Made by a program: the position numbers and the translations under genes. From the IMG/VR virus record IMGVR_UViG_3300018414_000001: 64,000 nucleotides of DNA. One strand, given 5' to 3'. Below the pieces are notes generated by a model that was not told the DNA's origin, did no database searches, and was given only the letters and a program-made list of their open reading frames with translations. The number at the start of each line of letters is the position of its first letter. Position 1 is the first letter of the stretch. Below are positions 10,301 to 21,332 of this stretch, one piece after another. Source of the stretch: an uncultured virus (IMG/VR IMGVR_UViG_3300018414_000001) (taxonomy: Duplodnaviria; Heunggongvirae; Uroviricota; Caudoviricetes).

Positions 10301-12811
10301 GGGCATTGTTGTGGTATGTTTGTCCCATTTATAACGGGAGACGCGCTGTCGTGCCTTCCAGCAGGCGATCACCAATGGCCAGAAAAAATATTGATGTCCG
10401 GTCGGTGTGGAACAGATTGGCGGCGTTCTGGCGACTATCCGATATTCATGTGGCTGGCCTCCCACGGAAATGGAAAAGACTGACATGGCCCGGCATGAAT
10501 CCTGGTGGCGCGACATCAACACGATCCTCGTCACCATGCACGAACCACCGGCCACGATGGGCGAGATCGGCCCATGGTATGCTTGTCACGCCGGGCCGGA
10601 ACTCGCGGCGCGTGGGATCGTGGAACACCGCATGAGCCGTCGAGAGATTGACCATATCGACGGCGATCCCCGCAACAATGAGATCGGGAATCTCCGGTTC
10701 ACAAGAAGGGAGTCGACATCATGAATCCCGATGACTTTGAGCAAATCGCCATCGATACCTGTGAGGCTTGCGCGCTGGCCTCGGATCGACACGTCCTGCA
10801 TCGTGCCGTCGAGGCCGCGTTAGTCCGGGCTTACATCTCTGGTCTCAGAGAAGCCTCATATCTGACCACTGCGCCGCTCCACATTATCAGGCGCGTCCGG
10901 GCCGTTGAGAAAGAAACAGGGATAAAGTCATGACCCGCCGCACCGGCTGGCTGTCAACATCGAACAACTGGCACCTCGCCACCGGCTTGCGGGCACGTCG
11001 TAAGCGCCGGAACGCCTGGATATCGCTCGTGATCTGGTGCGTCGGGATGTTGACGCTCATGGCGTGCGGCGTGCTGGCGTGGCTGATTTAACCAAAGAAG
11101 GAACCCTGACCATGCCAACCACCCTCACGATCTCACTCGACCGCAAAACAGGCGCCGATCTGGCCCGATGCGGTGAATACCATACCCGTTCCGCCCGATC
11201 CTCGGCCGCGCGCGCCCTGGCCAGACAACTGATCGCGGCGGGGTTCGATCCTGGGCCATTCGAGGCCCGTGGGGAGGACGGCCGCTTACGGTATTCCGGC
11301 CCGAGCCTGCTGGAATTCAGCAAGTGGACGCTCGCGGAGGAGCCGCGCCTCCGCCGGGTTCGATTTGTGCCGTATGGGTCGCCTCACTGGCGGCGTGACG
11401 ATGATTCCGGGGAGGATGACGCGCCAGAAAGCCGAGACCCCGCTCCTGGCGAACATGTATCGGCGGAATCGGTAAAACAACAAGGAGACCTGACATGCCA
11501 ACCCTGACCCCGTGCCTACCAGCCTCGGCGCCGATCGTGGAGGAAGTCGTCGCTGTCCCACGCGCCAGACTGGCGGCGTTGGAGGCGGTCGCGACAGGAG
11601 GTTGCCGGTATCCGCGTTGCCACTGTGGCGATGACCGGTCGATGGGGGTGATATGCCCCCTCGCCGAGGCCCGCGATGCCGTGGTGCGCACAGCGATGGC
11701 GTGCTGGCGGCACCGTGGCGGCACGCCTTCCGCGGCATCCAGAATAGCACGGGCCGCGGCGCGCACGGAACTGGCGCGGCTGGAGAAGGAGATGGGATAT
11801 GGCGAATGACCTCGAACAAGCGGTGATCGATGCCGCCCGATACGATGTCGAGTGCGGCTACGCGAGCGCGGCCCTGGAAGCCGCCGTGAGCGCCTTGGAC
11901 GCCGTGCGCGCCCAGAACCCCGCGCCAGCCCCGGAACCGGCCCAGGCGGCTCTCGTAGCCGCCGCACGGAACGTAGTCGCGATGATGGACGAATTTGGGT
12001 ATGCCGGGCTGCCCGTGGGGCCACTGGAGGCGTTAAAGGCGGCGTTACCCTCAGATACGGGGGAGACCGGCGTGGTGGACGATCTGGCGGGCGTTGAGTG
12101 GGTTGTTTACCTCGCGCCCGGCGAATCGCACTGGCCGCAACTCGCGAAGGCCGAAGATATCGCGAGGATATTTGAACGGTGGCCGGAGTGCGATCTCCGC
12201 ATCCTCGCCCGGTTCCGGGTGCCGTCATGAACCGCTTCGGGGCGATCAATGACATGCACCCCGGAGCCTGGCGGTTGGAAGGCAGACGCCGGGAGAAACT
12301 TACCGTGCGGTGGAGGGGACGAAAACGCGGTCGCCGGATGATTCCCACAGGATGGGGTATCGGCTTCTGGAAGCACAAGGCAGCACGGAAAATGGGGTGG
12401 GGAAAGCCCCAATTGTATACTTCACAAAACACAGTAAATTCCTAGTGTGGGTCTATGGACTCATTTTTTGCTTGACAGGTCGGAATCGGGTGTTGTAGCG
12501 CGCCTCGTCTTATGGATCAGACTTACCCTCTAGACGGGGTGGCGCCACCCCAGAATCTCTTGCCGTCATTGCAGCTTCGCGCCGTTCGCGAGAGGATGGC
12601 TTGCGCCCCTTTGGTTCATCTGTCGGTCGCGGGTTACCGCCTTGTTCTTCCTGAGTTCGTTCTAAGTGGCGCCGCTGCTGATCTTCAGACAGCCAGCGGG
12701 GGATATGTAGCTCAGGAGGATTATACGGCTTCGGTTGAGCGCGTTTTGCAGGCATTGCGGCGTTATGGCCAGATATCTTTCCCTGCAGATGGTTTACGAG
12801 ATCAGCCATGA
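7346..12811 (+). other. Early block 1: about 15 small hypothetical genes with strong GGAGG RBSs
   Basis: Examples: 7346..7543, 7625..7849, 7926..8159, 8236..8484, 8559..8774, 8800..9117, 9165..9395, 9927..10121, 10721..10933, 11495..11809, 11799..12230. Confidence 0.7.
9413..9441. repeat. Short 7-nt tandem repeat (CACGGCC/CACGGGC) x4
   Basis: cacggcc cacgggc cacggcc cacgggc in an intergenic gap. Confidence 0.7.
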
Positions 12812-13435
12812 GTTGTTCGGCATTCTCAAGAGGAATGATGATCGACTAAGCAAACCCCCGGTCATTCGCCCTGGTTCCGCTCGCCACGTCCCATCCCTGG
12901 GCAGCCATGCCAGTGCGCGGGTCTGGGCGGCGGTCATCCGAACCGTACTCCGTTCCTCGGGCACGAGAGCCCCTGACACGTCGCCTCCGATCCTGGCGGG
13001 CAGATGCAGCCATGGCACATCATCGGGCCTGGAGGGTGCGTGCAGGCGATGTGGTAGGGGATGCCCGTTAGATAATCCAGATCGCTACCGCGCACGGGAC
13101 GGCCGCAGTAACCGCAAAGCGGGGTTGTTCCAATTGCAGCGGTCATGGTCCAATCTCCTTGATTTCCATCAAAAAGCAGCCCGGTCCGAAGTCACGCAAG
13201 GAGATTGTCGTCCATCGCCGTTGACGGAAGCCAACCGGCGAGATCACCTGAAGCCGGGCGCGGTTCCCCTCCAGTATCTCGATAACCTCGAACCGTCGTC
13301 CGTCGCGGGCGCGCCATTTTGACCAGAGGGCTGGAAGCATGTTCTCGGTCATGGCATCACCCTTCCGCCGTAGCGCAGCCTGGGTGCATCATACGGGATA
13401 TACGGGGGAATTATATACATTACTCCTTGGCTCTG

Positions 13436-15340
13436 TCACGGCCCGGTTTTCGCGAACAACGGCGCATCCAGGCCAGACCACCGCTTGATCCGATGCTCGA
13501 TGTCCCGCACGTGCTGCGCCTCTTTCTCGATCAACGTGCAGACAAAGCCCGCGAGCATGCACGCCTCGCCAGTTGTGCCCGACCCGGCGAAGCAATCCAG
13601 CACATGACCGCCGGGCGGACAGGCGAGCGTGACAAGCCAACGGATCAGATCAACGGGTTTGACGGTCGGGTGTTTGCTGTCCGCCCTGTCGGCCTTGTCT
13701 GCCTTTGCAGTGTAGAAGAAGCGCGCGGCGGAACCGGTGTCGCCGAAGCCAGGATCACCAGCCGAAAACATCCCGGTCGGAACATTTTCCACGTTGCCAC
13801 CGCCCGCGTTGCCGATCCGCCCGCCAGACGATCTGCCTAAAACCGGAAACCCCGCCAGCACTTCCTCGCTTCCGTCGTGGGCCACGTTCGCGGGAAATCT
13901 CCCGAGAGTTTCAGCGCGCACCACGTTGGCGCGGACCTTGGCCGCGAACGCCTCAGATGCTTCAGGATCGTCCATCCACGGGCGTCGCCACCCTTCATTT
14001 GTGAATTTTCCGGAGGTCTCCGCCTTCTCTCCGCCACCACCAAGGCTGTCGGCGGTCGGCACTCGGCACGCATCCACATTGATCGCGCCCGTTCCCCACC
14101 GCAGCACGTTCGCCGCGACCGTGCTTTCGGACAGCGGCTTGCGCGCGACGACAATGGGTTCAAACGCAGGCTTTAGAGCAGTGCCAAGTCCGAGTGGAAC
14201 AACAGGTTTACCGCACCGACCACAAAGCGGCCATGCTCCGCCAGCTTGTGGCTCCGGTTGTCCGGCCATAGTTCCAGGTTCGTCCGGTCCTGATTGTTCA
14301 ATGGCTGATGATCGCAATGGTGGACGCACTCCGCACGGGTCAATGGACGCCCCATCCAGCGGGCCATCACCAGCCGGTGCTCCATCACGTAGCCGTCCCG
14401 TCGCGCCATGCAAATCAGGTCCGGCGGACAACGGACGTACCGGACTTGCTGATAGTTTCCCTTCCGATGGCGCAGCGTCACGCCGCCTTTCCATGCCGGG
14501 TTGCGCGCGCCCCTCATCTTTTGAATTGCGTTCCGACGCCCCTCCGGCGATACCGCCGCCGTCCCCTTGTGCCCGTGCTGCGCCCACTCCCTTCCGCGAA
14601 ATACCCCGTTGCACTGGTAGGAGCAAACCGGCGTCTTGACCCGAAGAAGATGCTTTGTGTTCCGCCAGAACGGTCGGCCGCAATTCGCACAAATCGCCTG
14701 AGACACCTTGGTTTTCATGGTCGGAAGATATATTGGATATATGGCACTGACAACGGCTTTCTGGTGATAGAGCTTTGTCAAGATTTAGACTTTTTGGGAA
14801 TCCGCTTCCGTACAAGTAGGCCACCGTGTCCCGTATCTCGAACCCGGCATCCTCGATCGCGCACACCAGTCGGTGTGAGGTCCGCGTGCCACCGAAGGCC
14901 AGCAGATAAGCGCCGGGCAACAACACGTCATAGACGGCGCGTGCCCAGGCTTCGCACCAGGTCTGATAGGTCTGCATCTGCCGGTGACGGCCGTACATCT
15001 TGTCCGGTGCAGCGCCCTTCACGCGCCAGTCAGGGCTGGCGCACGCGCACTTTTTCTTGCCCCGCGCCCGTCCGCCGCACGTCGCGCAGGTCGGATTTGC
15101 CCCGCCGAACTGGTCATTGCCGCTTGTGAACGCGGGCCATGGAGTCTCACGTTCCCCGATTCCAGGCTTGGCGAAGCCAGCGCCCGTCTGCCACGCATCC
15201 CCTTTCCACGGCGCGTCCCAATCCCGGCCCATGAACTCCAACCCGTAAGGCGGATCGCAAACGCAGGCATGAAACCGCTCGCCGGTCGCAGCGAGTTTCG
15301 GTAGTTCGACCAGGCAATCGCCGTGGAGGATGCGGATCAC
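13436..15340 (-). CDS. Beta-class N6/N4 DNA methyltransferase with a large internal insertion
   Basis: CDPPYG catalytic motif, YGSGFPKS, GTALKPAFEPI, HPTVKP and VLDCFAGSGTTG SAM-binding motif. Confidence 0.9.
   Translation of the reverse strand: MIRILHGDCLVELPKLAATGERFHACVCDPPYGLEFMGRDWDAPWKGDAWQTGAGFAKPGIGERETPWPAFTSGNDQFGGANPTCATCGGRARGKKKCACASPDWRVKGAAPDKMYGRHRQMQTYQTWCEAWARAVYDVLLPGAYLLAFGGTRTSHRLVCAIEDAGFEIRDTVAYLYGSGFPKSLNLDKALSPESRCQCHISNISSDHENQGVSGDLCELRPTVLAEHKASSSGQDAGLLLPVQRGISRKGVGAARAQGDGGGIAGGASERNSKDEGRAQPGMERRRDAAPSEGKLSASPVRPLSAGPDLHGATGRLRDGAPAGDGPLDGASIDPCGVRPPLRSSAIEQSGPDEPGTMAGQPEPQAGGAWPLCGRCGKPVVPLGLGTALKPAFEPIVVARKPLSESTVAANVLRWGTGAINVDACRVPTADSLGGGGEKAETSGKFTNEGWRRPWMDDPEASEAFAAKVRANVVRAETLGRFPANVAHDGSEEVLAGFPVLGRSSGGRIGNAGGGNVENVPTGMFSAGDPGFGDTGSAARFFYTAKADKADRADSKHPTVKPVDLIRWLVTLACPPGGHVLDCFAGSGTTGEACMLAGFVCTLIEKEAQHVRDIEHRIKRWSGLDAPLFAKTGP
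14173..14718 (-). CDS. HNH endonuclease nested in an alternative frame of the methyltransferase
   Basis: CANC..CSYQC Zn finger, NPAWKGG, DGYVMEHRLVMA..GRPL..ECVHHCDHQPLNN...NLEL. Confidence 0.85.
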   Translation of the reverse strand: MKTKVSQAICANCGRPFWRNTKHLLRVKTPVCSYQCNGVFRGREWAQHGHKGTAAVSPEGRRNAIQKMRGARNPAWKGGVTLRHRKGNYQQVRYVRCPPDLICMARRDGYVMEHRLVMARWMGRPLTRAECVHHCDHQPLNNQDRTNLELWPDNRSHKLAEHGRFVVGAVNLLFHSDLALL

Positions 15341-15524
15341 GTCATCACCCCCACCAGCACCGCCACAAGCCCGCTAAGCGCCATGGCCACCAGGAACGGG
15401 CCTCCGTGGCTAACCGGCGGCGGGATAGGCTTTGGACGCCCCAGAACCGGCCAGATTGTTTCAGGCGGCGGTTCCTGGGAGGGACGCGAGGCGCGGAGGT
15501 CGATTGGGGGGATGATGGGCACGG

Positions 15525-16463
15525 CTAGATTGGCCAAAGGTCTGGCTTTTCTTCAATGACGCGGTGATAGGTGTCGTCTGCCGTTTCCTTCGGCGGCGCC
15601 CATCCCACCACGGTCATCGGTTCACCTAAGCGGATTGACACTTTTTTGTGGTTGACGATGCCCTCGATCCGGTCGCGTTGTTGACGATCCAGGTGCCGCA
15701 GGTTGGCGGCGGTCACGGGGCTTTCGTACCAGAGATCAAGGTCTTCGGCGGTTTCACGTTTCATGATCTCCCCAATCATGCTGTCGCTCAACACATCCAA
15801 AATGGTCTCGGCATGGGCACGGCGAATGAAGAAGCCCGTCTTATGCAATTTGAGCATCATCTCATCCAACTCGTCACCAAATCGGTCCATATGAGCAGCG
15901 ACAGCAGCAATGTCGTTCGCCACATCAGGGCGCTTCCATTGAGCAAAATATGGCGGTGTGTCTTCATTATAGCAAAACAGGTCATTCAGTGTGAACTCGC
16001 CGATCCACATCTGGCCTAACACCTGGATACGATGCTCGGAACCCGATCCTTCCATGTGGTATCGGACCATCTTCGGCGGAAACAGACTTTTAATCTCCAG
16101 GCCGTGCCGGTCATCCCCTACCACCAGCCGGTCTGGCGAACAGCCAAAACGCTTGTCATCGGTGAGGATCATGGAGATCGGATAGGTCTCAACCTCGTTG
16201 ATCGTCTCGTATTGTTGGATGGCTTTCGGTTCCTCTGTCTTGCCTTTTTCCACGAACTCAAGCCCTTCAAGGGACCGGGAAAATGACTGATTGAGGAACT
16301 GTTCCGCCGCGAGCCGGTAGGCAAAGTCGAACCGCTGCTTGCTCAGTTCCAGTTTCGCCGGTGTGATGACGCGGTGAAACTCCGACGCGGTGGGGCGGCC
16401 GATGTGCAGTTCGAACCACCTGTCCGACCGCTGGGGAGCCTCGGATTCCAATATTATCTTCAT
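15525..16463 (-). CDS. YqaJ/lambda-exonuclease family recombination nuclease
   Basis: QRSDRW..GRPTASEF, GCSPDRLV, GLEIK, Q..GQMW motifs. Confidence 0.9.
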   Translation of the reverse strand: MKIILESEAPQRSDRWFELHIGRPTASEFHRVITPAKLELSKQRFDFAYRLAAEQFLNQSFSRSLEGLEFVEKGKTEEPKAIQQYETINEVETYPISMILTDDKRFGCSPDRLVVGDDRHGLEIKSLFPPKMVRYHMEGSGSEHRIQVLGQMWIGEFTLNDLFCYNEDTPPYFAQWKRPDVANDIAAVAAHMDRFGDELDEMMLKLHKTGFFIRRAHAETILDVLSDSMIGEIMKRETAEDLDLWYESPVTAANLRHLDRQQRDRIEGIVNHKKVSIRLGEPMTVVGWAPPKETADDTYHRVIEEKPDLWPI

Positions 16464-16467
16464 CGCC

Positions 16468-17340
16468 TTACTCCTGTTTCACCGCTTCCTGCTGCACGAT
16501 TACCTTGAGGGTGTTCAACACACGGGGGAAGTCTTTAACCTCGACATCATTGAACGATTCCGCTGAACTTCCATCGATCCGGGAAATCATGGTGCGAATG
16601 AACTTCGCCTCCGTCCGTTTTGTCTGGCCGATCAGGTCCCGAAGTTGCTGTATCTGATCGAACTCGATGAAGGTCTGACCACCACGAACGCCATCGTCAT
16701 CCACGAGGGTCTTGAACACGACGTTAAACGCCCCCGTGACCGCATAGCGTTTGAGGAATGTTTCGGTTGACCCACCGCCATGCAAAACGGTTTTGACCGC
16801 CGTTCCTTTCGGGCCAAGCGTGTCGGCGGGGGCCTCGCGCCAATACTTTTTGGAATGACGCCCGAGGGATACCTCGCACTCGACCCGGATATTTCCAGGA
16901 GTGAGCGGAGGCACCGTGTTGTAAGCCACGTTGAACCCATGGCGCAGATAGATAGGCCTGATTGCCGCATCGACCGCTTCCAGCTTGGCATACCAGCTTT
17001 TGGTCTGGCTGTTCTCAGCCGTACGCGCGACGGGTTCGATCTCCGACTGCGCCGCAGCCATGGCTTCGTTGAACCGTTCCTCGGCCTGTAGCGCCTTTTC
17101 CTGGGTCTGGAACGCCATGAGACGATCGAACATGCCCTCGTTGATACCTGGGATACGCGCGAACGCCACGGCGGCGGCGAGGGAGGGATCGGCCGCGATC
17201 AGAGCGGCCATGTCATCCTGTGCGGATGGTTGGGTCACAATGGGCGTCTCGGCCATCAAGGCTATCTCCTTGGCTGGTGGCAACAGATTATCGACGGCAT
17301 CCACTTCCCGCGGATCGGCTTCGATTGTCAGGGCGTCCAT
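16468..17340 (-). CDS. erf: ERF-family single-strand annealing protein
   Basis: FNEAMAAAQSEI, YAKLEAVD..IRPI..HGF, GSTETFLKRYA..DDDG motif. Confidence 0.85.
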   Translation of the reverse strand: MDALTIEADPREVDAVDNLLPPAKEIALMAETPIVTQPSAQDDMAALIAADPSLAAAVAFARIPGINEGMFDRLMAFQTQEKALQAEERFNEAMAAAQSEIEPVARTAENSQTKSWYAKLEAVDAAIRPIYLRHGFNVAYNTVPPLTPGNIRVECEVSLGRHSKKYWREAPADTLGPKGTAVKTVLHGGGSTETFLKRYAVTGAFNVVFKTLVDDDGVRGGQTFIEFDQIQQLRDLIGQTKRTEAKFIRTMISRIDGSSAESFNDVEVKDFPRVLNTLKVIVQQEAVKQE

Positions 17341-17678
17341 GGTTTGTTTCCTTTTGTTCGGATTTGTTCACTCTCGGCCCACAAGCGTTCGGCCAGGGCA
17401 ATAGGGTCGATTCCCTGGCGCTCCCACCAGGAAACCTCGTCTCCTGTTTTGTGAACGCCATCGCGGGCGGCAGCGTCATGGTGGCAATATCTTCCCAGAG
17501 GAACGACCCAATCATCCCCGGCGGTCACGCTACCTCCCCCTTGCGGTCCACATTTCAAGTGATGCGGATCAACATCCCATCGGTTGCCACAGACGCAGCA
17601 AGGCATCCCCTTCACCCTGTCCAGGTGCTTGCGCGATCTTATCCGGACTGGCCGGAAGTTGGTCTGGACCTCGGTCAT
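17328..17678 (-). CDS. DUF968/HNH-like Zn-finger nuclease
   Basis: RIRSRKHL..V..MPCCVCG..DPHHL..DDWVVPL..HH..H..GDE..WW. Confidence 0.7.
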   Translation of the reverse strand: MTEVQTNFRPVRIRSRKHLDRVKGMPCCVCGNRWDVDPHHLKCGPQGGGSVTAGDDWVVPLGRYCHHDAAARDGVHKTGDEVSWWERQGIDPIALAERLWAESEQIRTKGNKPWTP

Positions 17679-18193
17679 GCGTAGGGACGCAGCAAAGTAG
17701 CGAGCCGGTCGAACTTCTCCGGCGACGCGGCGATTAACTCCCCGTAAACGTCTATCACTTCCGGGGCGAACCGCTTGCCAATCCGGCGCATGTCATTGAC
17801 GCCTGAATGAGTGCAGAAGATCGCCACGTCCCCTTTGATCGTCCCGGCGAATTCCTCGGCCGAACCGAACAAATAAGACACATTTTTCGGTTTCCCGGCG
17901 AACAGACAACCCACAAATACGCCCATCCATGCGGGGTTCGCCTCAATGCACCAGACCCGTTTGGCATATTGCCCGAGGTGAAAAGCCAACAAACCGATAC
18001 CGCCGCCGATCTCAATGACGGTTTTGCCTTCGATGCGCGCGGCAACGTGCGATGCGATCATGTCCGCTGTTTCGTCGTCGATTACCGTCAGAACGGATTG
18101 TGACAAAACCGCGTGGCGACGTGTATAGTCGTCAACCATTTCTGATTCTTGCATTGCCTCTTGCATGGCATCGACATCTTCCTTGAGGCTCAT
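17675..18193 (-). CDS. Class I SAM-dependent methyltransferase-like protein
   Basis: VIEIGGGIG motif I and V.CIEANP motif II. Confidence 0.7.
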   Translation of the reverse strand: MSLKEDVDAMQEAMQESEMVDDYTRRHAVLSQSVLTVIDDETADMIASHVAARIEGKTVIEIGGGIGLLAFHLGQYAKRVWCIEANPAWMGVFVGCLFAGKPKNVSYLFGSAEEFAGTIKGDVAIFCTHSGVNDMRRIGKRFAPEVIDVYGELIAASPEKFDRLATLLRPYA

Positions 18194-18930
18194 TGTTCTT
18201 CCTTAACCAAGTTTCCTGAGTTCAGACCCGGAGCATCGGCCAGCGGTCGCCCACACGCTCGCCATCAGGCAAAGCGCATGAACCGCTGGCCGGGCGAGGG
18301 TTTCCTTGAGACGAGCCCATCGCATACGACCAGGCTTTCAGGCGTGCGCGCCCTCTGCCATGGAGACACTTTTTCTTGCCGACGCACCAACCTTGCCGCG
18401 CGATATCCCATTTCCAGTCGCCGCACGCCCGGCTTTCGCAAGCCACCATGGTAACCGGGTGTCTTCCCCCGCGCGCCACTGGTTCACCCGACCACGCGAA
18501 GGGTCGCAGACGAACTGGAATCCGGGCGAGACAGAACGGTCACGCGAACAACGGTTGAAAATGCGGCGCAGGCGCAGTATGTCCTGCGGCAATCTGGTCA
18601 GCGGTGCTCTCATCATCGGTCTGGCCCGCGTCCGGATTTTGCTGATCCGTTCGCGACAGTGGCGACACTGGCACGGAACCGGAGGATTGGTCAATAGGCT
18701 TTTCCTTCGGCTTCCAGCTTTTTCGTTTTTTCCGATCTTGGCCCCGGTGGGGAAGAGGCGTCAGCGCCTCGGTTATGGCGTTCGTTCCCGATACCCCGAG
18801 GGCTGCTTCCAAGTCAGTCAGAAACCCTTTGCGGGTGTGCCCCCAGAATAAGGACTGGCGCCGTTCCGCGTCATCGCCTAGCAGAGCGGCCGCTCGAAGC
18901 AAGAAGTTCCGGGTTTGCGCTTGCGATAGC

Positions 18931-20352
18931 TTAGGCATCGTCCACCTCATGGTAATTCCGTGGGGCGCCGCCGTAGTGGTCTGTCTGCGTCGGGGTTGAG
19001 TACCGCCCCACCAGAGGGTCGAAATCCAGAGGTGCGCTCCCTCCCTTTTTACCCCATCGACGGACAAACCGGGCTTTCCAAAGATGGACCTCGGCCCGAT
19101 CCGGTCCAGGAGAATGGACCGTGATTCCGATATCGGCCCTGTTAAACCAGTGAGCTGAACCGTTGATGTCGTACGGACCAGGGGCCGAACTGCTGCCCCC
19201 TTCCTTGTTCATTTGGGGCTTGGTCGGGTGGACATTGACCCATACGTTGACGCCATACCGCAGCCCGAAAGAGGCGAGCCGTTGAAGCTGCCTGCCGATA
19301 TATTCGGTTTCGGTGATCCCTGGGTTCCGGGAGTGGTCCACCTGATTCCATGGGTCGATCCACAGGTCTGTCGCTCCGTCCCGTAAGACCGCCGCGCTCG
19401 CCCGTTCCATGATCCAGTCAATAGTCGGGGCGTCCTCAATCGCATCCGCGACGATCATGGTGACCTTATCGCCCAGCCAGGTCTCCGCATCCTCGATTTC
19501 CGCGTCGTCCATGGACTGTAACCCGGGGATCGGCCAGAACGATTTGCCGCTCCAAACCTCGGCACATTCAGCCGCGAATTGCTCCCAGGGCTGCATTTCC
19601 GGGGAGAACACGACCCACCGCCGATTATGGTTCGCAGCGGTGTGTATCATGACGAAACGGACCCAGGATGTTTTGCCGCTCCCGGGATACCCGGTAGTTA
19701 TGATCAACCGGCCTTCCGTTGGAAGTTTCAAGATCGCGTCCGTCGCCCTCGCCCCGGTTGTCATCGTGGTCGGGGGAGGGAGCCGCCTGAGTCCCTTCAA
19801 TGTCCCTTGGCGGATACGTTGCAACCCCTCGATCGGATAGGGTTCAGCGGCCCTCAGGGCGGACGTGATGGCATCAGGCCCGTGCCTCACCAGAACCTCG
19901 CAGGCATCCTTGCAACCCTCCGGCCATGCCACGAGCCAGCATCTGTGCCTGCCAAGCCTGCGGGCCAGTTCCTCTCGTGCCTCCCCTGGAGGGGCGCACA
20001 GAACCACCTTCTTGCAGCCCTGTAGGCCATCCGCATGAACCTTCAGTGCGGTTTGCGGGTCCGCGCCATGAACCGATACGACGGTCTCAACCCCACATTC
20101 CAGGATGGCGGCGACATCGAGTTCACTGGCTGCCCAAACTACATGGGCCGGTTTTTCCGCCAAGGCAGAGGCGTTGAACAACGTCCCCGAGGGAGCGGCG
20201 CAATAGATGATCGTTCGACGGGCGCCGGCGGTTATCCCGAGCGCATCCACCACCCGCGCGCCGATTTTCCGGTCGGAAAACCAATCGTATAGCCAGCCCG
20301 GCCGAACCTCCGCGGGTTCCTCGTCGTCCCAAAAATTAACGGGTTCGGACAT
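18931..20352 (-). CDS. Twinkle/T7 gp4-like TOPRIM + SF4 helicase
   Basis: WPEGCKDACEVL (TOPRIM end), Walker A TGYPGSGKT, IDPWN, VHPTK, YDINGSAHWFNRAD. Confidence 0.9.
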   Translation of the reverse strand: MSEPVNFWDDEEPAEVRPGWLYDWFSDRKIGARVVDALGITAGARRTIIYCAAPSGTLFNASALAEKPAHVVWAASELDVAAILECGVETVVSVHGADPQTALKVHADGLQGCKKVVLCAPPGEAREELARRLGRHRCWLVAWPEGCKDACEVLVRHGPDAITSALRAAEPYPIEGLQRIRQGTLKGLRRLPPPTTMTTGARATDAILKLPTEGRLIITTGYPGSGKTSWVRFVMIHTAANHNRRWVVFSPEMQPWEQFAAECAEVWSGKSFWPIPGLQSMDDAEIEDAETWLGDKVTMIVADAIEDAPTIDWIMERASAAVLRDGATDLWIDPWNQVDHSRNPGITETEYIGRQLQRLASFGLRYGVNVWVNVHPTKPQMNKEGGSSSAPGPYDINGSAHWFNRADIGITVHSPGPDRAEVHLWKARFVRRWGKKGGSAPLDFDPLVGRYSTPTQTDHYGGAPRNYHEVDDA

Positions 20353-21332
20353 TGGCGCGCTCCGCTATCAGGCGTTTTCTGTAAATCGGGTCAGCCGCCG
20401 CGAGTGCCCACCGCATCTTTTCCGGCTCCCGGCACCCTGAGACAACAGTTTCGTAATAGGCGATTGGATCGCGAAGCCGGTCCCGTTCCTCCCTCCGAAG
20501 GGTGGTGATACCGGCCTCGTAAGCCCCCCAGATCAGGTCGGGGACATGACCGGTCACCTTCTCCTGCTGGTCCACGGGAAGCAGGCCCAGACCGGCCCGG
20601 ACGGCGATCATCTCGACTTCATGCCGAGCCTCGCCGAATCCGGTCTGATCCATCGCGAGAAGAAGCCCCTGGACCTTGGCCTCGGATCGCATCATCGGAA
20701 TCACTCTGTCCCGGAAATCGTGCGCGAATGTCATCAGACGAACCTTATCCGAATGCCATCGTCCCGAAGTTTCCGGGCGATTGCCAGCTTAACATCCCGT
20801 AACGCGCGGGAATAAACCCTCATCTCCTGGACGGCCAAACTGCCCCTCACTTCAAGCAGTAGGCATGTCGGAGACTCGTCGGTCAGCTTGACAAACTGAT
20901 GGCCGGTGCTCCCAGCGTATTTGATGATTCCGCATGACAATTTCTGAATTCCCTTCGTCTTCAGGACGACATTCCGCCTGATTTTTTCAGCCAGTTCGAT
21001 GTAGGTGTGGTGGCTATTTGTCTGCCTGACCGACATTACGGAACCCCCGTCAGTTTGCTAATCCGGCGTCCGGTTGGGTTCGAGACGGAAACCTCTGTCA
21101 CCCATCCCTGTAACTCGCGTTTCAGAACCCCTTTGGCCGGGAAGAACTCGTGCGCGTCGGAAATGGCGCTCAGGCTTTCATCGGTGAAAACGCTGATCGG
21201 CATCTCATCCGCGAATGAGAGCGCGTACAGCCCGATCTGCTGCTTCGTCACGGGCGTCCTGCCCCCAGAGGTCAGGAGCGCCAACTTAGTCAGCCACAGC
21301 GTAATCTGCTGGACGTGCTGTGAGTTTGCCAT
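20336..21332 (-). other. Three hypothetical genes (20336..20734, 20734..21036, 21036..21332)
   Basis: Overlapping start/stop chain within the replication operon. Confidence 0.65.

Noticed and set aside
10640..10700. Full HNH endonuclease (IDHIDGDPRNNEIGNLR)
   Set aside because: Only a short motif at the end of a small ORF, probably a fragment.
11317..12432. 371 aa minus-strand Arg/Pro-rich ORF
   Set aside because: Antisense to plus-strand genes that have RBSs and overlapping start/stop junctions.
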